Virus record (IMG/VR): IMGVR_UViG_3300038463_000730 | Span: 62,001-126,000 of that record | DNA: 64,000 bases | Strand: one strand, 5' to 3' | Part shown: in pieces, positions 45,363 through 53,337 of the stretch | Layout of the letters: each line of letters opens with the position of its first letter | Numbering within the stretch: the first letter of the stretch is position 1 | Position numbers and translations under genes: made by a program | The notes under the pieces: generated by a model | The model's input: the letters and a program-made list of their open reading frames with translations, nothing else | Databases searched by the model: none | What the model was told of the DNA's origin: nothing

Positions 45363-46718
45363 TTATCCTTTTCGTTTATCAATTACGTTATTCATCAGCT
45401 TACCAAATGATGAACGATTAGCTGCAACCTTCTCACGAATCTTTTGAGCTTCGTTAATAGTGTCATGAACGCCTGTGTCTAGATTCAATGTCAGATTACG
45501 AGCTGCGTCTTTTGTTCGGACGTTTTCGCTCAACGATTTGGATTCGTTCTTTAGTTGGGTGACACGTGACTCAGGAAGCCCGAGTCCGGCAAACCAACTG
45601 TAGATCTTGACTTCATCCGTACCATCTTCGATCGTATAGATACCCTTGAAAACGCCTTTCGGGTTTCCACACTGCTCGTTCACCATCGCCAACGCATAAT
45701 TCGTATGCATTGATGGAATCCGATCCCATACTGCCTTGGGAGCAGTCAAAATCACTCCGACATAACGCGATTGCGTCAAATCGAATCCTCCAGCTAACAA
45801 GTTTCCGTTCAGATTTTCCATAACAGCCTCAGCCAGAGCCGTTTCACCAACATAATTCTTGACAACCATCTCACCGTATACCGACAAACCTTCTCCATCC
45901 GTAAGCAACTTTCCCCACTCCATCGGATCCAAACCTTTTACGTCCGAAGGCATCGAACTAAGCGTGTTGAACATATCGACCGGCTCAACAATCGCACGGT
46001 TTGCTACCTTGTAGAAATCCAACTGGCTAACGTTCGAATAGATCGATTCGATCTTCGCATTATCCACTACGATTAGATTGTTGATCTTTTTCGTTTGTGC
46101 AAATTTCGAAAGCTTGGCCAGAGTCTCCAGAGCATTGTGTTTTGTCTGGGCGTCCTCGGCATTCATCGGTAGCGCCGCCATAACAGCGAGCGGCTTCCCC
46201 GTGCTGCTGAGAATATCGACCATAGTCTCGCAAGAACCAGCTCCAGAACCGCCACCCAAACTGATACATAGTAGGTTGACTTGTGCAGAATCCAGTTTCG
46301 CCGAAATAAGCTCGGCAATCGAATCTTTATGTGCTTCGGCAGCAGCATGACCAATCGAAAGTTCTTTGGCGGCTCCACCAAGACCGTAGTCTAATAAGAG
46401 TTTATTAGATTCTGGGACATCGATGAACTTCAAATCCTGTGTAGCCGTGTTGATAACGATCGTGTCATAACCGTTCTTGTAAAACGCCTCGGCTAGTCTT
46501 GATCCGGCTTGGCCAGAGCCAACCACTCCTATTCTGATCGATCGCGTTTTCTTTTCTACTACTTTGGCTGCCATATCTGCTTTCTGAGCAAGCTTAGCCT
46601 TCAATGCTGCTAGTTTGGTTGGGTCGAGTGCTTCACTATCTGTGTTTGTTTTGTCTTTTAAGTCGTCCACTAATTCCTCACGAATGTTTTCTGTTGTTAC
46701 TGACTTCGCACTCATCAT
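45363..46718 (-). CDS. tubulin/FtsZ-family GTPase (PhuZ/TubZ-like)
   Basis: GSGQAGSRLA, INTA..D, GGAAK, signature GGGSGAG, VVDN, T7-loop-like LDPME; start uncertain (46718, 46715 or 46574). Confidence 0.9.
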   Translation of the reverse strand: MMSAKSVTTENIREELVDDLKDKTNTDSEALDPTKLAALKAKLAQKADMAAKVVEKKTRSIRIGVVGSGQAGSRLAEAFYKNGYDTIVINTATQDLKFIDVPESNKLLLDYGLGGAAKELSIGHAAAEAHKDSIAELISAKLDSAQVNLLCISLGGGSGAGSCETMVDILSSTGKPLAVMAALPMNAEDAQTKHNALETLAKLSKFAQTKKINNLIVVDNAKIESIYSNVSQLDFYKVANRAIVEPVDMFNTLSSMPSDVKGLDPMEWGKLLTDGEGLSVYGEMVVKNYVGETALAEAVMENLNGNLLAGGFDLTQSRYVGVILTAPKAVWDRIPSMHTNYALAMVNEQCGNPKGVFKGIYTIEDGTDEVKIYSWFAGLGLPESRVTQLKNESKSLSENVRTKDAARNLTLNLDTGVHDTINEAQKIREKVAANRSSFGKLMNNVIDKRKG

Positions 46719-46732
46719 ATATCGCTTAATTC

Positions 46733-47695
46733 TCAGAGATTTAGGTAGAATTTGTTGTTTTGATACCACTCAATTGTGTTGGCAATTCCGTTCCGGAATT
46801 TGATTCCAGGGGTCCATCCCAGGTTCTTAATTTTCGTTGTATCGACAGCATATCTAAAGTCATGGCCGGGGCGATCTTTGACAAACGAGATCAAATCATG
46901 TCCCGCTCCCATTACTTTGCAAACCTCATGAACAACCTCAATATTGGAGAACTCCTGGCAAGCCGATACGTTGTACGTTTCGTTCGGCGGAGCTGACTTC
47001 ATGATCGTCAAAATGGCTGCACAGTTATCGAACACGTGGGTCCAATCACGCAACTGCAACCCTTGCCCGTAAACAGGGATCGGTGTCTTATCCATGATGC
47101 ACTTGACAATCTTGGGAATGAACTTCTCCGGCGTCTGGCGTGGTCCGTAATTGTTTGACGGTCTAACAATGTTAAAGGGTAAATCAAATGTTGCCGAGGC
47201 CGCTCGCACGAGCAGTTCGCCGGATGCCTTCGATGCTGAATACGGATTCCGAGGACCAAGTGGGTTGTCTTCGCTCCACGGCGCCTCGCCATCAGCAAGT
47301 TGACCATAGACCTCATCCGTGCTGATGTAGATCAGTCTACCAACCTTGTGTTTGACACATGCGTTGATGACATTCTGGGTGCCTAGAATGTTGTTCTTAA
47401 CGAAGATGTTCGGGTTCTCAATCGATGTATCAACGAATGTTTCGGCAGCACCGTGGATGACTATATCTGGATTTTCAATAGAAAATACGTTGTCCATAAT
47501 ATGGTCGTCGCAAACATCCACAATATAGAATTGGTGATTCTTGTTTGCGTAGACTGAGTTGAGGTGATTCTTTCGAGATACCCGATCAATACTAGTGAAA
47601 GTGTACGGATGCTTTTCGTAAATAGCCTTGCGTAGAAAATTCGAAAAGATGAAACCAAGCGAACCGGTGACCAATACTTTTTGTCTATCACTCAT
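46733..47695 (-). CDS. rfbB: dTDP-glucose 4,6-dehydratase
   Basis: VTGSLGFI, HGAAETFVD.SI, ISTDEVYG, PYSASK, SNNYGPRQ.PEK.IP, RDW, DRPGHDFRYA. Confidence 0.92.
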   Translation of the reverse strand: MSDRQKVLVTGSLGFIFSNFLRKAIYEKHPYTFTSIDRVSRKNHLNSVYANKNHQFYIVDVCDDHIMDNVFSIENPDIVIHGAAETFVDTSIENPNIFVKNNILGTQNVINACVKHKVGRLIYISTDEVYGQLADGEAPWSEDNPLGPRNPYSASKASGELLVRAASATFDLPFNIVRPSNNYGPRQTPEKFIPKIVKCIMDKTPIPVYGQGLQLRDWTHVFDNCAAILTIMKSAPPNETYNVSACQEFSNIEVVHEVCKVMGAGHDLISFVKDRPGHDFRYAVDTTKIKNLGWTPGIKFRNGIANTIEWYQNNKFYLNL

Positions 47696-47702
47696 ATCTT
47701 CC

Positions 47703-48032
47703 TTACATCCTGCTGAAAATTCTAAGCACTATGTCCAGCTGTTCATACAGTTTGTCGTACGTATCACAATAGATTTGCATGACAGATGACTCCTGCCATC
47801 CTTTTCCAGTAAACACATTGATCACGATGACATGCTCACCATAGTATCCAACGTCGATTGTATATCGGCCATTATGAACAGCCATCATGTCTTGCGACAG
47901 ATATTGATCTTCCATCCGTTTCGATTCGTCGATGTTCATGTTAGAATAGAACACCTCCACGAAACCTCTAAGGTCAATAGGTCTTGAATAGCTGTACGGA
48001 ACGGTCATGTCGTATGGGTTGGCACGAAACAT
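47703..48032 (-). CDS. hypothetical protein
   Basis: 109-aa ORF, TAATG overlap. Confidence 0.65.
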   Translation of the reverse strand: MFRANPYDMTVPYSYSRPIDLRGFVEVFYSNMNIDESKRMEDQYLSQDMMAVHNGRYTIDVGYYGEHVIVINVFTGKGWQESSVMQIYCDTYDKLYEQLDIVLRIFSRM

Positions 48033-48367
48033 TACTTCTTTTTTGGATACGTAACGTTCGCCACTGTAATACAGATCGATTTCTCAACATCCGGGCTACA
48101 ACAACCATCGCCGCACCCGCTGTAAGCTTCGGCTTCAGCCGTGAAGCAGATATCTTTTGTTCCAAACAATTTGGATAGTTTCGTTAGATGCTCAAACGTA
48201 ACCGTTTCGTCAAGACTGAACTCAAGACACTTCTGTTTCTCCATCCACTTTATGCCAGAGCTGTTTATGTAGCGAGCAAAAATACCCTCTAATTCTACGC
48301 TAAGTTGATGTTGAATTGTTCGTTGAGGCGACAATGTTTTCGTGGCTGGTTTTTTCTTGGAGGCCAT
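48032..48367 (-). CDS. hypothetical protein
   Basis: Likely start MASKKKP; YSGCGDGC motif. Confidence 0.65.
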   Translation of the reverse strand: MASKKKPATKTLSPQRTIQHQLSVELEGIFARYINSSGIKWMEKQKCLEFSLDETVTFEHLTKLSKLFGTKDICFTAEAEAYSGCGDGCCSPDVEKSICITVANVTYPKKK

Positions 48368-49178
48368 AGTTCGGATCCTTTTCATATGATTCACTATCGA
48401 CAATGTATTTATCTGCCCATTTGCTACGAAAATGTTTCACGTTGGATGACATGAATAAACGGTTTACCGGATTCTTGAGAAGCGTAACGGATTCGGCATG
48501 CAGGATATTAGTAGCCCCACAATAGATGACATTCTTAGCTGTCGCCTTCCTGATGGCCAGGCACAGATCAATATCCTCAAACGCCCACTGATATTTCTCG
48601 TCCATACCCCCGATACCACTCTTATTTTGAGTCCAAACATTACGATAGTCTCCGGCTCGTGTCATCAACACGGCTCCCGTTACGGACTGGAAGTAGCGAT
48701 TCTGTTTGGCATGATCATCTACCGTCTCACCGGCACGAAAATGCCACGGCATCCCACCCTTATGCGTAGGAAAATAGACTCCAGCATGTTGCAGTTTCTT
48801 CGGTTCATTGGTAAACATCAGTCGAGCCCCGACGACGCACGTTCGGTCATCAAGGCAATCAAGCATCGCCTGAATTGACCCGGTGTCTTGTAGAACAACA
48901 TCGTTGTTCAATAGCATGACGACATCGTTGTCTTCCGGAGCGGCTTGGTTGAAGATGTAGTTCATGCCTTCGGCGAAGTTCTGACGGTTGTTAGGATACT
49001 CATAGACACGGACATTAGGGCCCCAGGTCCGGGCTTCCTGAACCGTGCCATCTTCCGAACCGTTGTCTTTGATATGCCAGGTATGCTCGATACCTTCCAG
49101 AGCAGGCATGAGCGAGACCTTGAGGGTTCGTAACATACTGAGCCCGTTCCATGTCAGTGTCATCAGATGTAGCATCAT
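48300..49178 (-). CDS. GT2-family glycosyltransferase (rhamnosyltransferase-like)
   Basis: DNGSEDGT, NFAEGMN, LLNND, QHAG, VTGAVLM, FEDIDLC, HAES. Confidence 0.9.
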   Translation of the reverse strand: MMLHLMTLTWNGLSMLRTLKVSLMPALEGIEHTWHIKDNGSEDGTVQEARTWGPNVRVYEYPNNRQNFAEGMNYIFNQAAPEDNDVVMLLNNDVVLQDTGSIQAMLDCLDDRTCVVGARLMFTNEPKKLQHAGVYFPTHKGGMPWHFRAGETVDDHAKQNRYFQSVTGAVLMTRAGDYRNVWTQNKSGIGGMDEKYQWAFEDIDLCLAIRKATAKNVIYCGATNILHAESVTLLKNPVNRLFMSSNVKHFRSKWADKYIVDSESYEKDPNYGLQEKTSHENIVASTNNSTST

Positions 49179-49618
49179 TGTCCTTTTATCCAAGAGAGTT
49201 CCGAAGTTAGATCATTTCTCTTAGCCTGTAACTGTTCCATTTCATTTCGATAGATATCCTTTAGTTCTTCACGCTGGTTATCTATATCGAGGATCTTCTT
49301 TTCAAGTGCCGCGACACGCTCGGCACCACGTAACTTGTTCTCTTCGTAATACTCTTGCATCAACAACATATCTTCGTTTCCATCCTCGTCACGAGGAGGA
49401 AGAACGGTTACACATACATTACGATCCTTCACCACCATCCGGACTTCCGGGCGATGACCCGAGGCATAGATGATATCACCCGCGCGAGTCCGGCCAACCT
49501 TCTTAGCCGTGCTCATCAAAGCATGAAGGTCTTGCTCGGCGTGCCACGCTGCATGATCAGGTAGCCATCGACTAGCGAATTGTTCTACCGCATGATTAGT
49601 TAAGGTAAACTGTTTCAT
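49175..49618 (-). CDS. hypothetical protein (LTNHA..F..R N-terminus, C-terminal coiled coil)
   Basis: 147-aa ORF; N-terminal half resembles small RelE-like folds (weak). Confidence 0.6.
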   Translation of the reverse strand: MKQFTLTNHAVEQFASRWLPDHAAWHAEQDLHALMSTAKKVGRTRAGDIIYASGHRPEVRMVVKDRNVCVTVLPPRDEDGNEDMLLMQEYYEENKLRGAERVAALEKKILDIDNQREELKDIYRNEMEQLQAKRNDLTSELSWIKGQ

Positions 49619-49619
49619 G

Positions 49620-50627
49620 TTACAACCCCACAGTTAGTGTTCCAAGGAACAACCAATTAGCTCCAGTATCGAACCCGAGTGTAGGACCGAGATACAGGTT
49701 CTTCATCAACGGGAAATGCTGTCCGATGTTGTAACTAACCGGTGTCACAAGTAAGGCCAGATTACGGTTAACCACCGCATAACCAATACCAACATCCAAG
49801 AAAGTCCAATCCGGCGTCGTCTTCGACTCCCCGTAGGACATAAGTGAAACTGCCAACGATGGCACAACGTCAAAGTTATGAGCTGGTAGTGCGAGGCCAC
49901 CGCTGATACCCATGTAGAGACGTGGGTTCCAGAAAGACCACGAAGCAGCGGGAACTTGTTGTTCAAATCTTGAGGAGTCGATCGGAACGGCATATGTTTT
50001 CCCATCTGAGTCGATCATCATCTTGTTGTAGACATAGTCGCGATCATTCGCATCTTTGCCAATCACCGTAACCACGGTATACTTGCGTGGATAAACCTGG
50101 TAATCCCATGGAGTCGGGCTCCATGAAGAAAAAGATACTTGGCCGATCGGAATCGGAACCCCACCATCGGATACATCTTCATTAAGTTTAAGCTCTGGAG
50201 CTGTCTTGGCGTAGCCATAAGGGTCCGGACACGCCACAGACTTTCCATCACAGATAATCGACGGAGGAGGACCGGCATCGACATTTGTATCGGTACCGGT
50301 TGACTTGGCGTTCGTAACATTTTGACCAATTGTCGAAACCGAAACAACATTGATGCCATCTACTTTTGCCCCAAGCCCGTTTAGGTTATCCTGGATAGTT
50401 TTCAAGTTGACATCGTTTGCCGTAGCAAGACTAGCTATGTCCGCTTTTGTAGCGTAGCTGTCCTGGGCACGAATGACGTTGTTTGCTAACTGCTGAGTAG
50501 CGACGTTTTGATCCTGAATTGCTTTCTGTTGCTTGGCCAGATCAGTTTGCTTGACGATGATGAACACGATGCCTGCACTTAACAGGATCGCGATCAGATA
50601 AATTAACGCTCGTTCTTTTAGGCTCAT
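49620..50627 (-). CDS. membrane protein: N-terminal TM anchor, coiled coil, C-terminal amphipathic beta strands
   Basis: LIYLIAILLSAGIVFIIV; C-terminal alternating strands ending WLFLGTLTVGL. Confidence 0.7.
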   Translation of the reverse strand: MSLKERALIYLIAILLSAGIVFIIVKQTDLAKQQKAIQDQNVATQQLANNVIRAQDSYATKADIASLATANDVNLKTIQDNLNGLGAKVDGINVVSVSTIGQNVTNAKSTGTDTNVDAGPPPSIICDGKSVACPDPYGYAKTAPELKLNEDVSDGGVPIPIGQVSFSSWSPTPWDYQVYPRKYTVVTVIGKDANDRDYVYNKMMIDSDGKTYAVPIDSSRFEQQVPAASWSFWNPRLYMGISGGLALPAHNFDVVPSLAVSLMSYGESKTTPDWTFLDVGIGYAVVNRNLALLVTPVSYNIGQHFPLMKNLYLGPTLGFDTGANWLFLGTLTVGL

Positions 50628-51454
50628 ACTGCACCCCATTTAATGTGAAGATTGGCATCCCAAACTAGTTTGTCTGCCCATTTCTTTGTGAAGATCTGGC
50701 GTGCCTTCGTATACAAAGAAGCTGTATCGAGCGCCTTACTTGTCATCTTGCCGAAATGGGTGACCGGCACAGGAACAGTAGACATCGCTATTCCAGCGCT
50801 CATGGCTCGCATAGACAGGTCGGTGTCCTCAAAGTAAGCAAGGCCGAACTCACTAGAGAACGGCCCTTCATCACCAGGCAGGACCAACTTGTCGAAGACC
50901 TTCTTCGAACCTACCAAACACCAGCCAGACAAGTAGTCTACCAACGTGCCATCACCAAACACTCCGTCCTCTCGAACGAAGTTCAGAGCGGGGTTGAGGT
51001 GACCTACGGTTGGTCCGGCCAGTTCCCCTCGCATCGCTGCCTGAAACAGCGGCACGGTCCAGTTGTGGTGGTCCGAGCGAACTCGAATATCATTGTTTAG
51101 GAACAGGACATTCGGAGCTGAAGCCAACTTGTAGCCGCGATTGCATGCTTGAGCAAAACCGCGGTTCTCCGGAAGCCGGTGGTAGACAGGAGGATTGGCT
51201 GTCGCGATGAGCTTCAATTGACCAAGTTGGTCGTTGTTTATTTCTCGCCGATCTCGTCTATAACAAGCTTCCTCGTATTCACTCATCAAATCTTGATGAA
51301 ACGATGTCAGCTTCTCTTGCGTCTCGTCCGTGCTTCCGTTGTCCACGACAATGATTTCGTTGTCGGAACCAAGCCGGACAAGATCACGGAGGCAATCGCG
51401 AGTGAAATTGTATTTGTTCCAAACCGGAATGACGATGCTTAGGTTAAAATCCAT
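50624..51454 (-). CDS. GT2-family glycosyltransferase
   Basis: SIVIPVWN, VVDNGSTD, NRGFAQACN, FLNND, YFEDTDLS. Confidence 0.92.
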   Translation of the reverse strand: MDFNLSIVIPVWNKYNFTRDCLRDLVRLGSDNEIIVVDNGSTDETQEKLTSFHQDLMSEYEEACYRRDRREINNDQLGQLKLIATANPPVYHRLPENRGFAQACNRGYKLASAPNVLFLNNDIRVRSDHHNWTVPLFQAAMRGELAGPTVGHLNPALNFVREDGVFGDGTLVDYLSGWCLVGSKKVFDKLVLPGDEGPFSSEFGLAYFEDTDLSMRAMSAGIAMSTVPVPVTHFGKMTSKALDTASLYTKARQIFTKKWADKLVWDANLHIKWGAV

Positions 51455-51496
51455 AACCCGTCATGAACGAACGAGTGCCCGTATCGTCACGAACGA

Positions 51497-52582
51497 TTAG
51501 ACGCACAATTTCATGATTTTATCGGTAACGATTCGCCAATCGTATTGCTCGATAATTTGCGCGCTTGCTGCATTGTGATTCTTTTTGATCTCAGTGAAAT
51601 TCTCGTACAAATGACGCAGCTTCGAAACCGCATCGTCTACCGATGGGTAGAAATAACTCGTATTGATTTTTGACTCCCAATACAGAGCTTTTCTCGGAGC
51701 GTAATCTTCCTTGCCATCGATCAAGATCGAGTTATCCAGGCTCAAATAATCAAGCTGCCCGCCGAAGTTCGGCGCGACCACGACCAGGCCCGCGGCCAGG
51801 GCTTCGAGCCCAGGGAAGAAGAATCCTTCGGCGTGTGTCATCGTGAACAAAGCATCGCAGCTACGGTACAAGTCCTGAATGTCAGTGATAAACTCATTGA
51901 CGATCCGAACCTCAGCCTTTTTGTACGTCTGCCGAAACGTATCGTAAATGTCGTTGAACGAAACCTCAAACTGTTGCTCTGGTTTCTTATTCACAACCTT
52001 TAGGACGAGACAGACATCCTCATTTTTATCGAAGGCCTTTCCGAAAACCTCCAACAAGCCTGGAAGATTTTTCCTTACATGTGGCTGAGCGATATTGGCA
52101 AGGATCCTGAATTTACCCTTGGTCTTTAACGGATACGGTTTTGCATTTCGATATCGGTCCAGATCAATTCCATGAGGAACCATGGTCATGATGTTTTCCG
52201 GGACACCCGACTCACGAAAGATCTCGTACGCATATCGAGATGGCGGAATTAACCGGTCACAGTATTTGTAGAACTTGGTGAAACCTTCTGGTAGGGCGTT
52301 CTTACCTTTGAACTCGAAACACCAGATAGCTAGCCTGTTCTTCGCTCCATTAGCCAAGTAACGAGGAAAATTACCAGGAGCAGTATAGGTAAGCTGCGCA
52401 TCGTACTGGCCCGTTGGAACCTGTTTCAAAAAAGGCTTCAGATCTTCCGGAAGAGTCTTCTCTCCATCGGTACTAACCAGCTCTACATCGTGTTCCTTGC
52501 GGACTAATTCACGACTGATACTTTGTGCTACATGTGCCCAAGAATGGTTCTTACCGAGATAGCCTTGCCACTTTATTCTCAT
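51497..52582 (-). CDS. GT4-family (GT-B) glycosyltransferase
   Basis: VPHGID, RKNL, EGFFFPGLEALAAG (EX7E), GGQLDY. Confidence 0.92.
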   Translation of the reverse strand: MRIKWQGYLGKNHSWAHVAQSISRELVRKEHDVELVSTDGEKTLPEDLKPFLKQVPTGQYDAQLTYTAPGNFPRYLANGAKNRLAIWCFEFKGKNALPEGFTKFYKYCDRLIPPSRYAYEIFRESGVPENIMTMVPHGIDLDRYRNAKPYPLKTKGKFRILANIAQPHVRKNLPGLLEVFGKAFDKNEDVCLVLKVVNKKPEQQFEVSFNDIYDTFRQTYKKAEVRIVNEFITDIQDLYRSCDALFTMTHAEGFFFPGLEALAAGLVVVAPNFGGQLDYLSLDNSILIDGKEDYAPRKALYWESKINTSYFYPSVDDAVSKLRHLYENFTEIKKNHNAASAQIIEQYDWRIVTDKIMKLCV

Positions 52583-52606
52583 GCACGAACATATATCAGT
52601 TCCAGA

Positions 52607-53302
52607 TCAGGTCCACATCGTTCCTCGAACTTTGATCAAACGAATCAACATTTCATCTTCCATGTTCTTCATCTGATCACGCGCCTGTGACCAATCCTGA
52701 ACGAGCTTATGTCGCTCCTGAGATGTCGTAGCTTTCTCGCTCAAGTCGAACAAGCCATCGACACGATCCTCTTCGGTATGACGATCTAGTGTCCACCATC
52801 GATACAACGCCATAACCTCATCATAGGCGTCTTGTTGAGACCGAGCACCCATCGCATCGATCTCTTCCTCCGTGTGGTATTCACGAAGACTCGATGGTTT
52901 CTCTTTCTCTACGAAATCTCGCAGAATGGCAAAGTTCGCCAAAAGCATCCGGCCATCCGAGTCAATCCATCCGAATCGATAAGAATGTCGGGATGATTTA
53001 GTTTCACGGATATCGACGATGTGAAATTTGTAAGAGGGCAACGTGTGACACTGGACCCAATACCAAACGCGACCCATTCGATAGCCAATGCGACGAATCG
53101 GTCGGAATAATTTCGGAAGTGTTTTATTGAAGAACCATCGCACTGGAAATCGAACACGAACTTCTTTTTCCCAGTCTTCCCAACAGTACTCACTCGGGCT
53201 GATGAACGGATCAAAGTCTCGCATCTGCAACGCATTGCTATCGTGGCCAAGTGCTTTCGGCAACGGGAGCGCGAAATGTTTCTTAAAGAACCGAGACAGC
53301 AT
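52607..53302 (-). CDS. hypothetical protein
   Basis: 231-aa Trp-rich ORF. Confidence 0.7.
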   Translation of the reverse strand: MLSRFFKKHFALPLPKALGHDSNALQMRDFDPFISPSEYCWEDWEKEVRVRFPVRWFFNKTLPKLFRPIRRIGYRMGRVWYWVQCHTLPSYKFHIVDIRETKSSRHSYRFGWIDSDGRMLLANFAILRDFVEKEKPSSLREYHTEEEIDAMGARSQQDAYDEVMALYRWWTLDRHTEEDRVDGLFDLSEKATTSQERHKLVQDWSQARDQMKNMEDEMLIRLIKVRGTMWT

Positions 53303-53337
53303 AAAAGCTAACCGAGACTAAAACGGTCGTATCGTCA

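Noticed and set aside
45363-46718. Claim that this is a nucleus-forming phage
   Set aside because: Tubulin alone is insufficient, and no chimallin-like gene is recognisable in this window.
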